64,000 bases of DNA, taken from the NCBI GenBank assembly GCA_040954595.2, contig CM082597.2:7582243-7646242 (forward strand). Reading direction: 5' to 3'. Positions 1 to 10,592 of this stretch are shown here, piece by piece. This DNA is from Balanoglossus misakiensis (lineage: Eukaryota; Animalia; Hemichordata). The notes under the pieces are model-generated. The model had not been told where the DNA came from. It searched no databases and saw nothing but the letters and a program-made list of their open reading frames with translations. Position 1 is the stretch's first letter. The number at the start of each line of letters is the position of its first letter. The translations under genes and the position numbers were made by a program.

Positions 1-179
1 CACATTTTCAACCTCACCCTCGTCACGCTCGGCTGGGGGAATAATACGCTTGTATCGCTTACAATTTGTACATGTAGCTCTTGGAACCCTCTGTTGGGAT
101 GTATGTAGACATCCTCGGCTAAAATAATATTTTGCAAGAAGCCAAAAACTGAATCTGGTAACATTGAGGCCAGTCTAGA

Positions 180-650
180 AATACCTGTCAAACAACAATT
201 TTTAACAAAGACCACCTGCTCATCTGCTAGTATTGGACATTTTTTCTCTGCAAGAATGGTATGAACTGTAGCCCTGTAAACTTTGTCTGACAATAATTCA
301 TTCTGAAACCAGGTTTCTACAGCACAGACAATATCATATTGGTTGAAATATTCAATAATGGAGTTATCATACGGGATGAACCTTGTTCATGTACGTTCCA
401 TGAAAGAAAATAAAAAAATCTTTTGATCAAATTGTCCAACTGGACCTTGGCCACCGCTCTATCTCAGACGATCATTTCTAATGACAGTCTCGGTCTTTTC
501 ATCATAACTGTACAGAATCTTGGTTCTGTTCTCATAAGCCACAAGCCTCTTGTAATTTACAAGGGCCTTTATTTTGTTACTGATCAGTTCTTTACACTTA
601 ACACTCTCTTGAAGAAGAATAAAAAAGTACCAGCTGAAACCCATTAATTT
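180..650 (-). mobile_element. Degenerate non-LTR retrotransposon (LINE) fragment, APE-endonuclease start region
   Basis: Minus-strand translation near 305-359 reads IIEYFNQYDIVCAVETWF, resembling the 'DI..L.ETW' motif of LINE apurinic endonucleases. Stops and frameshifts surround it. Boundaries are approximate. Confidence 0.45.
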
Positions 651-830
651 GGGGAAAACAAAAGAAACTCATTATCATAACACTTATTATAGTGTTATGC
701 TAATTAGCCTATACTGTACGAGAAATCCCTTGGGAGAACACTGGGCTATATGTTTGAAAAAATGTTTAATATGAAATGATTTTCTGCAAAATCCATTGTG
801 TCAACACAGTTTATGAATATATATTTTTTA

Positions 831-1077
831 AGGGACAAAGTGTCTCTCTCGCTGCCCTTTTTTCCATTAATTATATTTGATACAAGACAACGTTTATGTT
901 AATGTACATGTGGATATGTAGTGAATGCTCGTGTCTACAACTTAGTACAAGTGGGTTGGACGTTGTGTGTGGACGAACATTGATTCTCTTTACATCCACA
1001 TGTAGAATAACATAAACAATGTCTTGTACATGTATGAAACAACGGAAAAAGGGCAGCGAGAGATAGACTTTGTCCCT
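831..1077. mobile_element. Kolobok-type foldback MITE, copy 1
   Basis: Terminal inverted repeats AGGGACAAAGT.TCTCTCTCGCTGCCC at both ends, flanked by TTTA/TTAA. Same family as 1764-2122 and 16987-17333. Confidence 0.75.
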
Positions 1078-1369
1078 TTAAGTAAGTACTGTAAACCACC
1101 ATCACATATTACATGTAGGCTGTAGATCTCCATGTTGAAATCCCTTGTCATGACCAACACAGATAAATGTCTGTGCTTGTACAATGTACATCTACGTTTA
1201 CTGTAAAATTTGGTTCATGTAGTGTTTATGCTCCATTCAAGATTGGGCAACATTGGTGAATGATTTGAGAATTTTAATAATGACTGAATTGATATACCTA
1301 GAGGATCCACAGAGCAGGTGCACAAACAGAGAATGCTCTCTGCCTTATTAAAGTTTCCACGAGGTGGCA

Positions 1370-1613
1370 CCACCCGCAAAGAGTCAGCTGATCTGAGATC
1401 TCTGTCGTTTAAAAACTCATCTTTTTAATCATATTTGTGATTGAATTTTTTAGGATCATCTTCTGTATGGTTTTTAGACGAACTTTTAATTGGGAATTTT
1501 AACTGAGACTTTTTTTGCTGCTTTTATGATTCTTTTATCACCGTCTTTGTAACTCGCACTGAGACGTATGTGTAGTGCGTGTAAGAAATAAATATTATTA
1601 TTATTATTATTAT
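1370..1613 (+). mobile_element. L2/CR1-clade LINE 3' end with (ATT)n tail
   Basis: Ends ...gtgtaagaaataaatattattattattattatt, the same kind of tail as the L2-like element at 5421-5960. Confidence 0.45.
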
Positions 1614-1663
1614 CTCCGTGGTAAAATGACTGGGGAACATTTACCTGGTACCGCCCTCATCAG

Positions 1664-1750
1664 AAACACTTTCTTACCTTATGCCAGATTGGTCTGTTGT
1701 GGTCTGGTCACTTCCGGTTGAGTAACAACATGTTATTGTCAAATTTAACC
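1664..1750 (+). repeat. Dispersed ~90-bp repeat, copy 1 (second copy 8127-8213)
   Basis: gaaacactttctta.cttatgccagattggtctgttgtggtctggtcact.cc.gttgagtaacaacatgttattgtcaaatttaacc occurs nearly identically at both sites. Confidence 0.8.
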
Positions 1751-1763
1751 TCTGTGAACTTGA

Positions 1764-2122
1764 AGGGACAAAGTCTCTCTCTCGCTGCCCTTTTCCATTA
1801 TTTATGTTTGATACAAGACATTGTTTATGTTAATGTACATGTGGATATATAGTGAATCAACGTTCAACCACACACAACTTCCATTCCACTTGTAGACAAG
1901 AGAGTGAAAAACTTGCCAAAATGAATAACAGTCTCTATCATTTATTCAATTTGGGCGAGTTTTTACTCTCATATCATAGAAGTGAGAGGGAAGTTGTGTG
2001 TGGTTGAACGTTCATTCACTACATACAATGTATACATGTACACAATGTACATTAACATAAATGGTGTCTTGTATCAAACATAATTAATGGGAAAAAGGGC
2101 AGCGAGAGAGACACTTTGTCCT
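1764..2122. mobile_element. Kolobok-type foldback MITE, copy 2
   Basis: Same AGGGACAAAGT TIR. Arms are palindromic over >100 bp, with TTAA at the right end. Confidence 0.75.
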
Positions 2123-2164
2123 TTTAATGTTCTAATAAACTGTTTTCCTTTGTTTTTCTAATAG

Positions 2165-2302
2165 TGACATTATTCCTAGTGCAGTATGGCTGGTATCTAT
2201 TATTTGGGCTGATTGTGCTGATGTTCTTAAAGAAGAAATTTGAACCCAAGTTACAGAAATTGCAGAAGAAAAGAGAAGATCAGTACTACGCACAGCGTTA
2301 TG
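2165..2302 (+). CDS. SELENOS: Selenoprotein S (VIMP), first visible exon (transmembrane segment)
   Basis: AG/GT-bounded. Encodes TLFLVQYGWYLLFGLIVLMFLKKKFEPKLQKLQKKREDQYYAQRY, matching the SelS 'YGWY' TM region. I could not identify the start exon in the window. Confidence 0.9.
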
Positions 2303-2341
2303 GTGAGTTTTTACTAAGATAGGACATGTAGTATGTACCTC

Positions 2342-2460
2342 CAGTGTTTCATCTAGAGGGGGGATGGGGGGATTCACCCCCTGTTGACATGTTGGCACCC
2401 CTAGCAATTTGTCAAGGGGGGGACCAGTGCCCCTTCAAATGATGTCAGTCACATGTTAAA
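2342..2460. mobile_element. CAGTG-terminated (hAT-like) MITE fragment; related copies ~7474-7610 and ~50300-50460
   Basis: Shared cagtgtttcatc.ag..ggggg...ccccctgttg.ca segment at three sites. Confidence 0.5.
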
Positions 2461-2605
2461 GATATTACATTCCCTCCTTAGTCCTCATAACCTTTCAATT
2501 CCTTGCTATATATTAAAGCCCTTATAGCTGCCAAATTTCACAATTTTTTTTCCACTATTAAAAACTTTAAATATATTCTGTATCCTCTAAAATAATTACC
2601 ATTAA

Positions 2606-2915
2606 CCCTAACGCTACTGGGTGTCATATGTGTTTAGAGTGTCAAGTCCCTTAATACATACATGTATTTGCCACATTTACTTCTAAAATGTTTATTGACT
2701 GTCTTGACATGACTCTCCTACGTACTTAAACACACTTGGCAGTCTGAACCTCCCAGAAAATGAACCAAATCGCACTGGTTTGTACTGTATTGGTCTGAGG
2801 GTCTTGTATAGGCCCTACTGATTAACACACACTTGGCAGTATAACAGGCCTGGGTGCCAGGATTCTAGGCACACTGGAAATCAAACCAGTTTCAACTGAC
2901 TTGGCAGCATTAGGG
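2606..2915. mobile_element. piggyBac-like MITE
   Basis: TTAA|CCCTAACGCT...AGCATTAGGG|TTAA. It is immediately followed by a lone right end of the Kolobok-type MITE (2919-2958). Confidence 0.6.
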
Positions 2916-3031
2916 TTAATGGAAAAGGGGCAGCCAGAGAGAGACTTTGTCCCTTTAAAATATGTGTACAACACTTTGCATAATAGTTAAGTCAGTGTTG
3001 AAATAAAATCCAAATTGGTTGTCTACTGCAG

Positions 3032-3138
3032 ATGCCCAAACAACACAGGCAAGACACGAAGCTATGATGGCAGCACGATTACGAATGCAAGAAGAACATG
3101 ATGAAAAAGCCAGGATAGCTGAGGAAGAAAGACAAAAG
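3032..3138 (+). CDS. SELENOS: Selenoprotein S exon (p97/VCP-binding helix)
   Basis: (D)AQTTQARHEAMMAARLRMQEEHDEKARIAEEERQK matches the SelS 'EALAAARLKMQEEL' motif. Splice phases are consistent with the neighbouring exons. Confidence 0.93.
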
Positions 3139-3480
3139 GTTTGTGTCATGTGTAACCAACATTCACTAACATTACAATTGGTACTTTGGAAAGTTTGGGC
3201 CGGGGGACCGCGCAAACTTTGCGACCGGCTGATGCTCTTGTCGTAGTCTTACTCCGAGTTGCAGGGCCTTTCTTGGCGACGGGACTGGGCTCTATACCCA
3301 AATCTAGCAGCTGTTGATCTGCGTTCTCCATGTTATCGGTGTCAACTGCCCAAGAAATTGAGGCGGAAGAGAGTGAGCACTGCAGGAGACATTAAAAAAT
3401 CTCAAGTAACTGTGAGTGATGGATTGTGGGATAGTTGATGCTCACATATGGTTGAGGGCGCCCCTTTTTCGAGTTGCTTA

Positions 3481-3630
3481 ATTCTCCCAACCTTAAATAG
3501 GTTTTGGCAACCTAGGTGGGTGATAAAAATATCACATGGTCGACACAATTTCAAGATGGCCGATTTTTGCCATGTTTAAGGAATAGGAGTTCATAAGCTA
3601 AAGTAATGATGGGTCATTCTGAAACTTTTT
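3481..3630 (+). repeat. Dispersed repeat; inverted copy at ~37290-37442
   Basis: attctccc.accttaaatag...acatggtcgacacaatttcaagatggccgatttttgccatgtttaaggaataggagttcataagct... appears as its reverse complement at 37290-37442. Confidence 0.75.
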
Positions 3631-3683
3631 AATAGAAAAAATAACAAAATGTGAAAAAGGTTTAATGAGTTTAATATGGTAAC

Positions 3684-4413
3684 CAGGGCTCGAAATTAAC
3701 TTTTTTCACTGGTAGTCCACTTGGGCTACCATTTTCTGAAGTTGGTAGCCCCGTGACAAGGTCTGGTAGCCCGCACACCTTTTCAATGAAGAGTGATATT
3801 TTTTTTCTGTGAAGGATATTTTTTTCATCAATCTCATAAGAAAAAAATAAAAATATTTTTTTTTCATGATTGACTTGTGCTCATGAATTTTTTTTCTAGT
3901 ACCTGGCTGGCTGCATGCAGATCATACCCTGTATAAGAATAGCATGTACATGTCCAGACAAGGGCGACACCCAAAAGTTTGATGACCTATTAATACGCAG
4001 AGGTTATATGCACATTTTTACATTCGCCATGACAACGACCACAGTGATCAGCAGGGGAGGAGACATAACAAGACTAAAAATAGACTACAGTTATTAGCCA
4101 TGAATTTCAGAATGACAACGGTACAATCGCGTTCAGATATTGATACTTTTATTAAAAGTTTGTATCAAACATTCTCCTGCACGCACTGTGGATTTTAATT
4201 TGCATAACAATGTCACAGTCTTGCTGTACAGTGCTGGTTTGATCGGGCCGTGTACGCGTGTGAGCGTTGATCAGGTCAAAGCGATCAACATCGCGTCGAT
4301 CGCACACGCAAAGTTTTGGTAGTCCGCGGGGGCTACCATTACGCAGATTTTGGTAGCCCCAGGGAAAAGTTGGTAGTCTGTGGACGCGGGACTACCGCTA
4401 ATTTCGAGCCCTG
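3684..4413. mobile_element. hAT-like non-autonomous DNA transposon
   Basis: TIR CAGGGCTCGAAATTA at both ends, flanking direct repeat TGGTAAC, and repeated subterminal GGTAGCCC/GGGCTACC motifs. Confidence 0.8.
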
Positions 4414-4693
4414 TGGTAACTACAAAGACAGACATGTTTGACCCAAGGAAGTCATGAAATACAGTAAACATATCATTTCTTCTATCTCTTACTACAGTTG
4501 GTTATGGACTTTTCGCCCAGAATGCAATGGGATTTGACCCCCTAGCGCAAAGTGAAAACCTATTTAAGGTACCCACAATTGGGTAACATTATTCACAGTT
4601 GTTCAAAATGTTACCTAAATTGACAACTGCTATCTGAAATTCCTATGGTGAAGATTTTCCTGACCATTATTTCATTGTGTCTTGATTCTTTAA

Positions 4694-4778
4694 CCCTTTC
4701 ACCCCCAGTTCCCTCTTTAGAGGTCCAACCTTACCATAGAAATCAATAGGTTTGGACTGAAACATGTAGGTGAGAGGG
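4694..4778. mobile_element. 85-bp piggyBac-like mini-MITE, copy 1
   Basis: TTAA|CCCTTTCACC...GGTGAGAGGG|TTAA. An inverted full copy lies at 13304-13388 and a partial copy at ~14568-14608. Confidence 0.8.
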
Positions 4779-4829
4779 TTAAATGGTGTGATTAGCAGTT
4801 AGACGGCAATGGGCAAGTTTTCTAGGTGA

Positions 4830-5380
4830 TTTCCAACTTGATTTTTACAATCCGTGGTACAAAATAATACTATGTTAGCTGGATAAAGTGATTCCCATTG
4901 GCATCTTTTTGCAGCCACACCGTTTTGTATTAAGCATCGTCAAATTATTTTTGACTTTTTCTAAATTAGCATCACTGTCCCAAATAATGTCAAGTTCCCC
5001 ATTGCTAAGTCTGTATCGATAATCACTGAAAGAGGGAAATATAACATGGCTCTGATTGGCCTGGGACCATAACTGAGAGACCCAGCATGACCTTTTCCTG
5101 TGCAGTTCTAGGGCTTCAAAGGAAGGGATGTATTCTTCCTCATATTGAGACAAGCAGTAGCAGGGAAATAGGCTTCTTTCTGAAAACGTTGAGGGACAGA
5201 CAAATGACGATGGATATTCATCCTATGTGAAAAGTTCTGCCTCACTGACTGGAAAAAACTAGATTGTTTTTGAGGTCAACAATTTTTTGGCAGACATGTT
5301 GGCTCAAAGCATTAGTTCATTCACACCGTCACAGAAACATTCCTTATCCATACTGTACTTAACCAGTGATCTCTGATTGA
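4830..5380 (-). mobile_element. Academ-like transposase C-terminal relic (Cys-rich end)
   Basis: Translation EEYIPSFEALELHRKRSCWVSQLWSQA...LDIIWDS...RCGCKK resembles the C-terminus preceding the Cys cluster of Academ-type transposases. Frameshifted. A further possible piece lies at ~6200-6390. Confidence 0.5.
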
Positions 5381-5420
5381 TTGCAATAAAAAAAAAAAGA
5401 TTTTCTTTACAATATTTTTA

Positions 5421-5960
5421 AATAATAATAATAATGATATTTATTTATTTAGAAACGCCTTCCATGAATGGAACATCTCAAGGCACCTCACAAGACACAA
5501 TAAAAAAAATACAGCCAATAATTAAAAACCTACACAATATCAATCTTAAAAAGATAGGTGTTGAGATTTGACTTAAAAACATGAAAATTACCAGACGTTC
5601 TGACCCCAAAAGGCAGTGTGTTCCACAAACATGGGGCACAGACAGAAAAAGGACACTCGTCATAGTAAACAGTGTTAGAAATCGGTTGATGCAAACTTAT
5701 TACCCACTCAGTAGTTGAACACAGCAAATGACCAGGGGTGTGAACATTCAATAAATCCGTTAAATAGGCAGGTGCCATACCATGAACAACTTAATAAGTC
5801 AAACAAAGAATTTGAATTGTGTCCGCGTATATACATGAAGCCAATGCAGACTAGAAAGTATTGGCGACCAGGTTTGAACTTGAACACTTCACCACTATTA
5901 CTCTTTCTGTTTATGAATGATGGATTTATCTGCAACACACAGGTGTTGTTTATTTAGTCT
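5421..5960 (-). mobile_element. L2-clade LINE 3' fragment
   Basis: APAYLTDLL...FSVCAPCLWNTLP...FKSNLNTYLF is the typical L2 ORF2 C-terminus, followed by an AATAAA/(ATT)n tail ending ~5421. Confidence 0.8.
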
Positions 5961-6899
5961 TCTAAATGCCTGCAATGTGGAAAGAAAATGTATATTGACT
6001 CTTTTGGGGTCAGGAAATGAGTATACCACTGGTTTGGTAATAAAGGGAATTTAACAGCAAACTTTGTTTTAACTATCAAACATTTTCTAAAACTTTACAG
6101 GGAAATTAATTCTGATAGTTACAATTCTTCCTGCATGAGCATATCTCAGAGTATGACTCCGATCATTGTCTGTGTAGCTACCATGTGTTTATTTCTGCCA
6201 TTCAGGAGTACTGCAACTGCAGTGCAAATGACAGATCCATTTTCTCCAACTCTTTGAGCCGGCATTGTTGCTTTGAGAAATTCAGTCAATGTTGGTGCTC
6301 TCAAATGAAGTTCAGCATATGCTTTCTTGAAAGAGAAATTCTCCAGGTCTTCTTCCCATTCTTCCTGAACATGTAGACTTTTGAGTTGTTTCGCATAGGC
6401 TAGCTAGCCCGTTCTTCGTTGATTATTTTCACAAATCGCCTCTTTATATTGCTGAATAGTTGACTGCAATCTACATGTAGTATTAATGCATCAGCCATAC
6501 TCCTCACCGACTGCTTTGTTCTGAGTACCACGACCGCTTTTGGTGATGAAACATAGTGTGGCACCTGAAAATTGGCAGTCTTGTCCAAAACTAATGCCAA
6601 GAGAACCAAAATGGTTGAACTTCATATCAAATTGTGAATTGGAAACAAGTAAGCCATGAGTGTAATATGGTGTAAAACACCACAAGTGAAATGTACACAA
6701 GTATACATTGGCTGAAAAACTTGGCCATACTTTTAAAATATACAACTCTACTATGTATGAACATGTCTTTATTTCAATTTTGAATTGTTTAAATGCTTAA
6801 AATAGTCCAAATTGCCTGAAAACAGCTCTATAATATCTACATGTAGTGGAAAAAATGGCCTAGTCCACAACCCTTCAGCCTGACCCACTCTAATGGCAA

Positions 6900-7470
6900 C
6901 ATGGTTTGAATTACTTTCCCTCATTACACTTGCATATTGTCTTTGTTGTATTCATCATTACTTGAACCAAGATACAACTGAAGTTCTTACCCCAATCTGA
7001 TTAAAATCAGATGTAGGGAACGGCGACTTGGTTTTTTTTATGCTGTCGCCTCACACTACATCTGACCAACTCTCACTGGAGCTCCTGTTGAAATCGTGCA
7101 TTCGACCTGGCCAATTAGATTGACTGTTATGTCGACCAAAGAATTGCACTGGGAGATGGGAGAAATTTTGTAGTGTGAGGCGACAGCATAAAAAAAACCA
7201 AGTCGCCGTTCCCTACATCTGATTTTAATCAGATTGTTCTTACCCATGCTCTCATCAGCTCTTACCTGGACAATACCAATTCCATTTTATATGGCATGTC
7301 GGATTACCTTTTTGATAAATTACAACATGCTCGGAATGATGCAGTGAGAAAGTATGATGCTGTGACCGACTCATTGATTCAACAACACTGGCTTGCGGTT
7401 AGGGCCAGGGTCAATTTCAAAATCATATTGCAGGTTTTCAAGGCTTTACATGGTACATGGCACCACAGTA
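6900..7470 (+). mobile_element. L2-clade LINE RT C-terminal fragment interrupted by a MITE
   Basis: With 6993-7245 removed it reads HYLNQDTTEVLTHALISSYLDNTNSILYGMSDYLFDKLQ...HWLAVRARVNFKIILQVFKALHG, the classic L2 motif. Confidence 0.75.
6993..7236. mobile_element. Mutator-like (9-bp TSD) foldback MITE
   Basis: Long TIR CAATCTGATTAAAATCAGATGTAGGGAACGGCGAC... with a perfect 9-bp TSD TTCTTACCC (6984-6992 / 7237-7245). Related copies at 27335-27456, ~9018-9120 and ~11961-11985. Confidence 0.85.
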
Positions 7471-7894
7471 TATCAGTGTTTCATCTAGACAGGGGGATTC
7501 GCCCCCTGTTGACAAATTGGCAAGGGGGGACCAGTGCCCCTGAAAATGACGTCACTCACATGTAAGAGATTCCCCCCTTGCCAGAGTGAAATCTCCCCCC
7601 CCCCCCCAAATATTCTTGTAAAGGTGACATATCCCTATGAGGTAACTGGGGATGAAAAGTTGAAAATTTAGGGGTTACATATACATGTGTTAAAAAAAAT
7701 CAAGCACAACGACCAGGGTAGCTTTATTCATTTGCTGTGTTTATTTTTTTTAGCTGTGTAAATTTCATGAAAATTACAAAATTAGCATTTCTCAATGTAT
7801 GGTTATGGAAAGAAAATACTCCAATGTTCTCATAGTGCATATACATTTACATTCTTAAAATGACGCAATCATGTGTTCTGATTTACTTCTGTAG

Positions 7895-7984
7895 AAAGAA
7901 GAAGAAAAAAGACAAGCAAAAATAGAAGATTGGGAACGACATAAGCAGGGAAAAGGATATAAATCAAAATTATATAAATCAGAG
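7895..7984 (+). CDS. SELENOS: Selenoprotein S exon
   Basis: KEEEKRQAKIEDWERHKQGKGYKSKLYKSE matches SelS 'EEEKRRQKIEMWD..QEGKSYK'. AG/GT boundaries, 90 nt. Confidence 0.93.
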
Positions 7985-8620
7985 GTGAGAATATAAAATC
8001 GAATTGCAGTATATTGTTTTGTCAGATCTCTTGCGTTTGAATCAAGTTTTATTCTGTGATCCTGTGAGATCTCCAACTTTTCTACCATTCACAGAGTTTG
8101 TACTGTAATTGCACGATTTCTCTTTGAAACACTTTCTTATCTTATGCCAGATTGGTCTGTTGTGGTCTGGTCACTGCCAGTTGAGTAACAACATGTTATT
8201 GTCAAATTTAACCACTGTTCAGCTGCCAAATTTGAAATACTTCAAACAACCTCCCCATCCTTTAAAATCCTCACCATTAGGCCCTATAAGCCATATTATA
8301 CTTTGTGTTTGCATCAGTTTGTCATCTCTTGGGGATGCATTCTGTGAGAGTTGTGTATTCTTTGTATGATGTCCCATTAAATGGGTGTGGTACCCATTTA
8401 AGATGTCACTTGTTCAAATTGCAACGATTCTGTTATAGCTTTCGCTAAGATGAGCTTTTTAGATGGACCAATCTAAGCTAGAAAGTAAATGCAGATAAAA
8501 AAGTGGTAGCTTTTGGGGCTTTAATTTTAATATAAAACAGTTATAATGATTTTGACTACTTTTCAATTTTGAATATACATTATAATACACTTAACGTGTA
8601 TATTCTGCGCTTCTTCACAG

Positions 8621-8693
8621 GATAAAGCATCAACTCCAAATTCAACGAGCAGTAACAGCGAACAGAAACCCAAACCTTCTTTGAGACAAAATG
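8621..8693 (+). CDS. SELENOS: Selenoprotein S exon (low-complexity linker)
   Basis: DKASTPNSTSSNSEQKPKPSLRQN. cag|...G|gtttg boundaries, and the phases join the flanking exons. Confidence 0.85.
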
Positions 8694-9238
8694 GTTTGTG
8701 AATGATATATTCTTCATCAATTTAAATTACATGTGTACTGTAAAAGCATTAATGTTTCACTGTTTTCGCTGGTTGATGCAACCCCCAAAAATAAATTCAA
8801 GTGAAAATATAAAATGGGAATAGAACTCATTGTTTCATAGCCAACTTCTGAAATTTTAAACATAGTGAATGTCAGCCAAACATGAAACCTGTCAATTTAA
8901 ATCCTGGTGAAAATTAATGCTTTTACAGTATTCAAAGTCATCAGCAGCCCCCATTCCCTCAATCATACAGTTGTGAGTTGCTGAACTGGGTCCATCAATT
9001 TCTTGCTAGATTTACATCAATCTGATTCAAATCAGATTTAGGGAACGGAGATCTATTTTACTTGCACTGAGCGGTATTACATGTATTCTGTTGCCACACA
9101 CTACATCTGACATCGACTAACCCCAATGGAAGTTCAAAAAAATCTAGTGTGAAAATATCTTCACTTTTAAATGGAATGGCTCTAAACCGATAAAATATTC
9201 AACAAGTCCACTTGACACTTTGCAATTTATATTTTCAG

Positions 9239-9321
9239 ATTACAATCCATTGATGGGAGGAGGCGGGGGTGGTTTCCGTCCATCGCGGCGCAGTGGATTT
9301 GGTGGAGGGGGATGAGGTTAA
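9239..9321 (+). CDS. SELENOS: Selenoprotein S last coding exon with selenocysteine TGA (9313-9315) and TAA stop (9319-9321)
   Basis: (D)YNPLMGGGGGGFRPSRRSGFGGGG-U-G-stop, matching the SelS C-terminus 'YNPL.G.GG...RP.RRG...GGUG'. Confidence 0.93.
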
Positions 9322-10524
9322 GAAATGTACACAATAATGACTGTCACATGATGAACACATGACTTGCCACTCATTTTACCACAATGTGTTTAAATAGTCA
9401 CAATTTCCAACCTTCAGCAATGTCTCCGTTCTGTATGGTGTAACTAAAGCCCCAATAGCTGCCACTGTTGGCATATTTTTTAATGAAAAAATACTTGAAT
9501 CTTGTTCATATCTTTAGTCAGCAATTGACAACATTTTGAATTTGTGGAGATTATAATAACCACGTCCACATACTGCGATAGTTTTGTGCTCTTGCAATGG
9601 ACGACTGAATAAGCAGGTGTGCACCTGTTTATTTTAATTTATTTATATTTAAATGTACACATGTACAGCCACAATCAAAGGTTGATAATATGTTTGTTTA
9701 TACCCATCAGTTTAATAGCTCGTTTGAAAGCACTTTTCTAAGTTTGAAAGTATAATCATGAAAATAATGCAAAAAATGGCAGATATTGGGACTTGAAGGT
9801 GTCGTACAGAAATGACTGACCTGAAGATCTTTCATGGGACTTGAATCATGTGACAGAATATTGTGTACACTACAATTTTGTGTCATTGACAGTTGACTTA
9901 TGGAATGTTGATGCACTGTAATGATCAGGCCTCTCAATGATCAGAGAAATTCCCTAGACGAAAAGCTGTCATTAGGAAAGAATCAAATTATTGTCTTGGT
10001 CAGTAACATTAAGGGTGACGATCGTCTTATGCGCATGTGCCAAACCAGAGAGTCTGTTTATAAAAAATGTATACAGTCAAAAGCCATAAGGCAGTGTGTT
10101 GTCTTAACAACAGAGAAGATGGCGGCAACCATAGTCTGTGTGGGAGATCGGCAAAAGACAGCAAATTGGGTGAAAAGAAGGGACAAAACTGAAGTCTACT
10201 TGTACGGTGCGTTTGAAATATGGTAGGAAATGGAGGCAGTCCACTATTTGAATGCGTTGTATGCAAAATTTGCAGAACATTGGATTGGACGTAATGTTTG
10301 TACACATGAAGTTACTCACATGCGCATAAGATGATCTTTGGCCTGTAACATACACATGAGATAATGTCTCCGATATACTCTGGGCACATCCACAAACCAA
10401 AGTGGGTTGAAATTTTACCCGAAATCCTCACAATATGTGATTCGACTCCCTAGTACAGTGTCATATGCTGCTTAAGCAGTGGGAATATCAGTTTTGTTGA
10501 GGGGCACAGTTGCCAAGCCTTCCA

Positions 10525-10592
10525 TAAGTCTGAATGATGCCTGCTTTTCAAATGGTTGAACCAACCAATAAAGCAGGCTGATAGAAACTGTA
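10525..10592 (+). promoter_or_regulatory. SECIS element (type 2) in SELENOS 3' UTR
   Basis: ATGAT (10534-10538), helix GCCTGCTTT/AAAGCAGGC, unpaired AAA (10550-10552) 12 nt after ATGA, apical mini-helix TGGTT/AACCA, and closing TGAT (10579-10582). Confidence 0.88.

Noticed and set aside
9810-9975. Additional SECIS candidates (ATGA...AA...GA) in the proximal SELENOS UTR
   Set aside because: No stable helix II with correctly spaced AA and a closing GA quartet could be formed.
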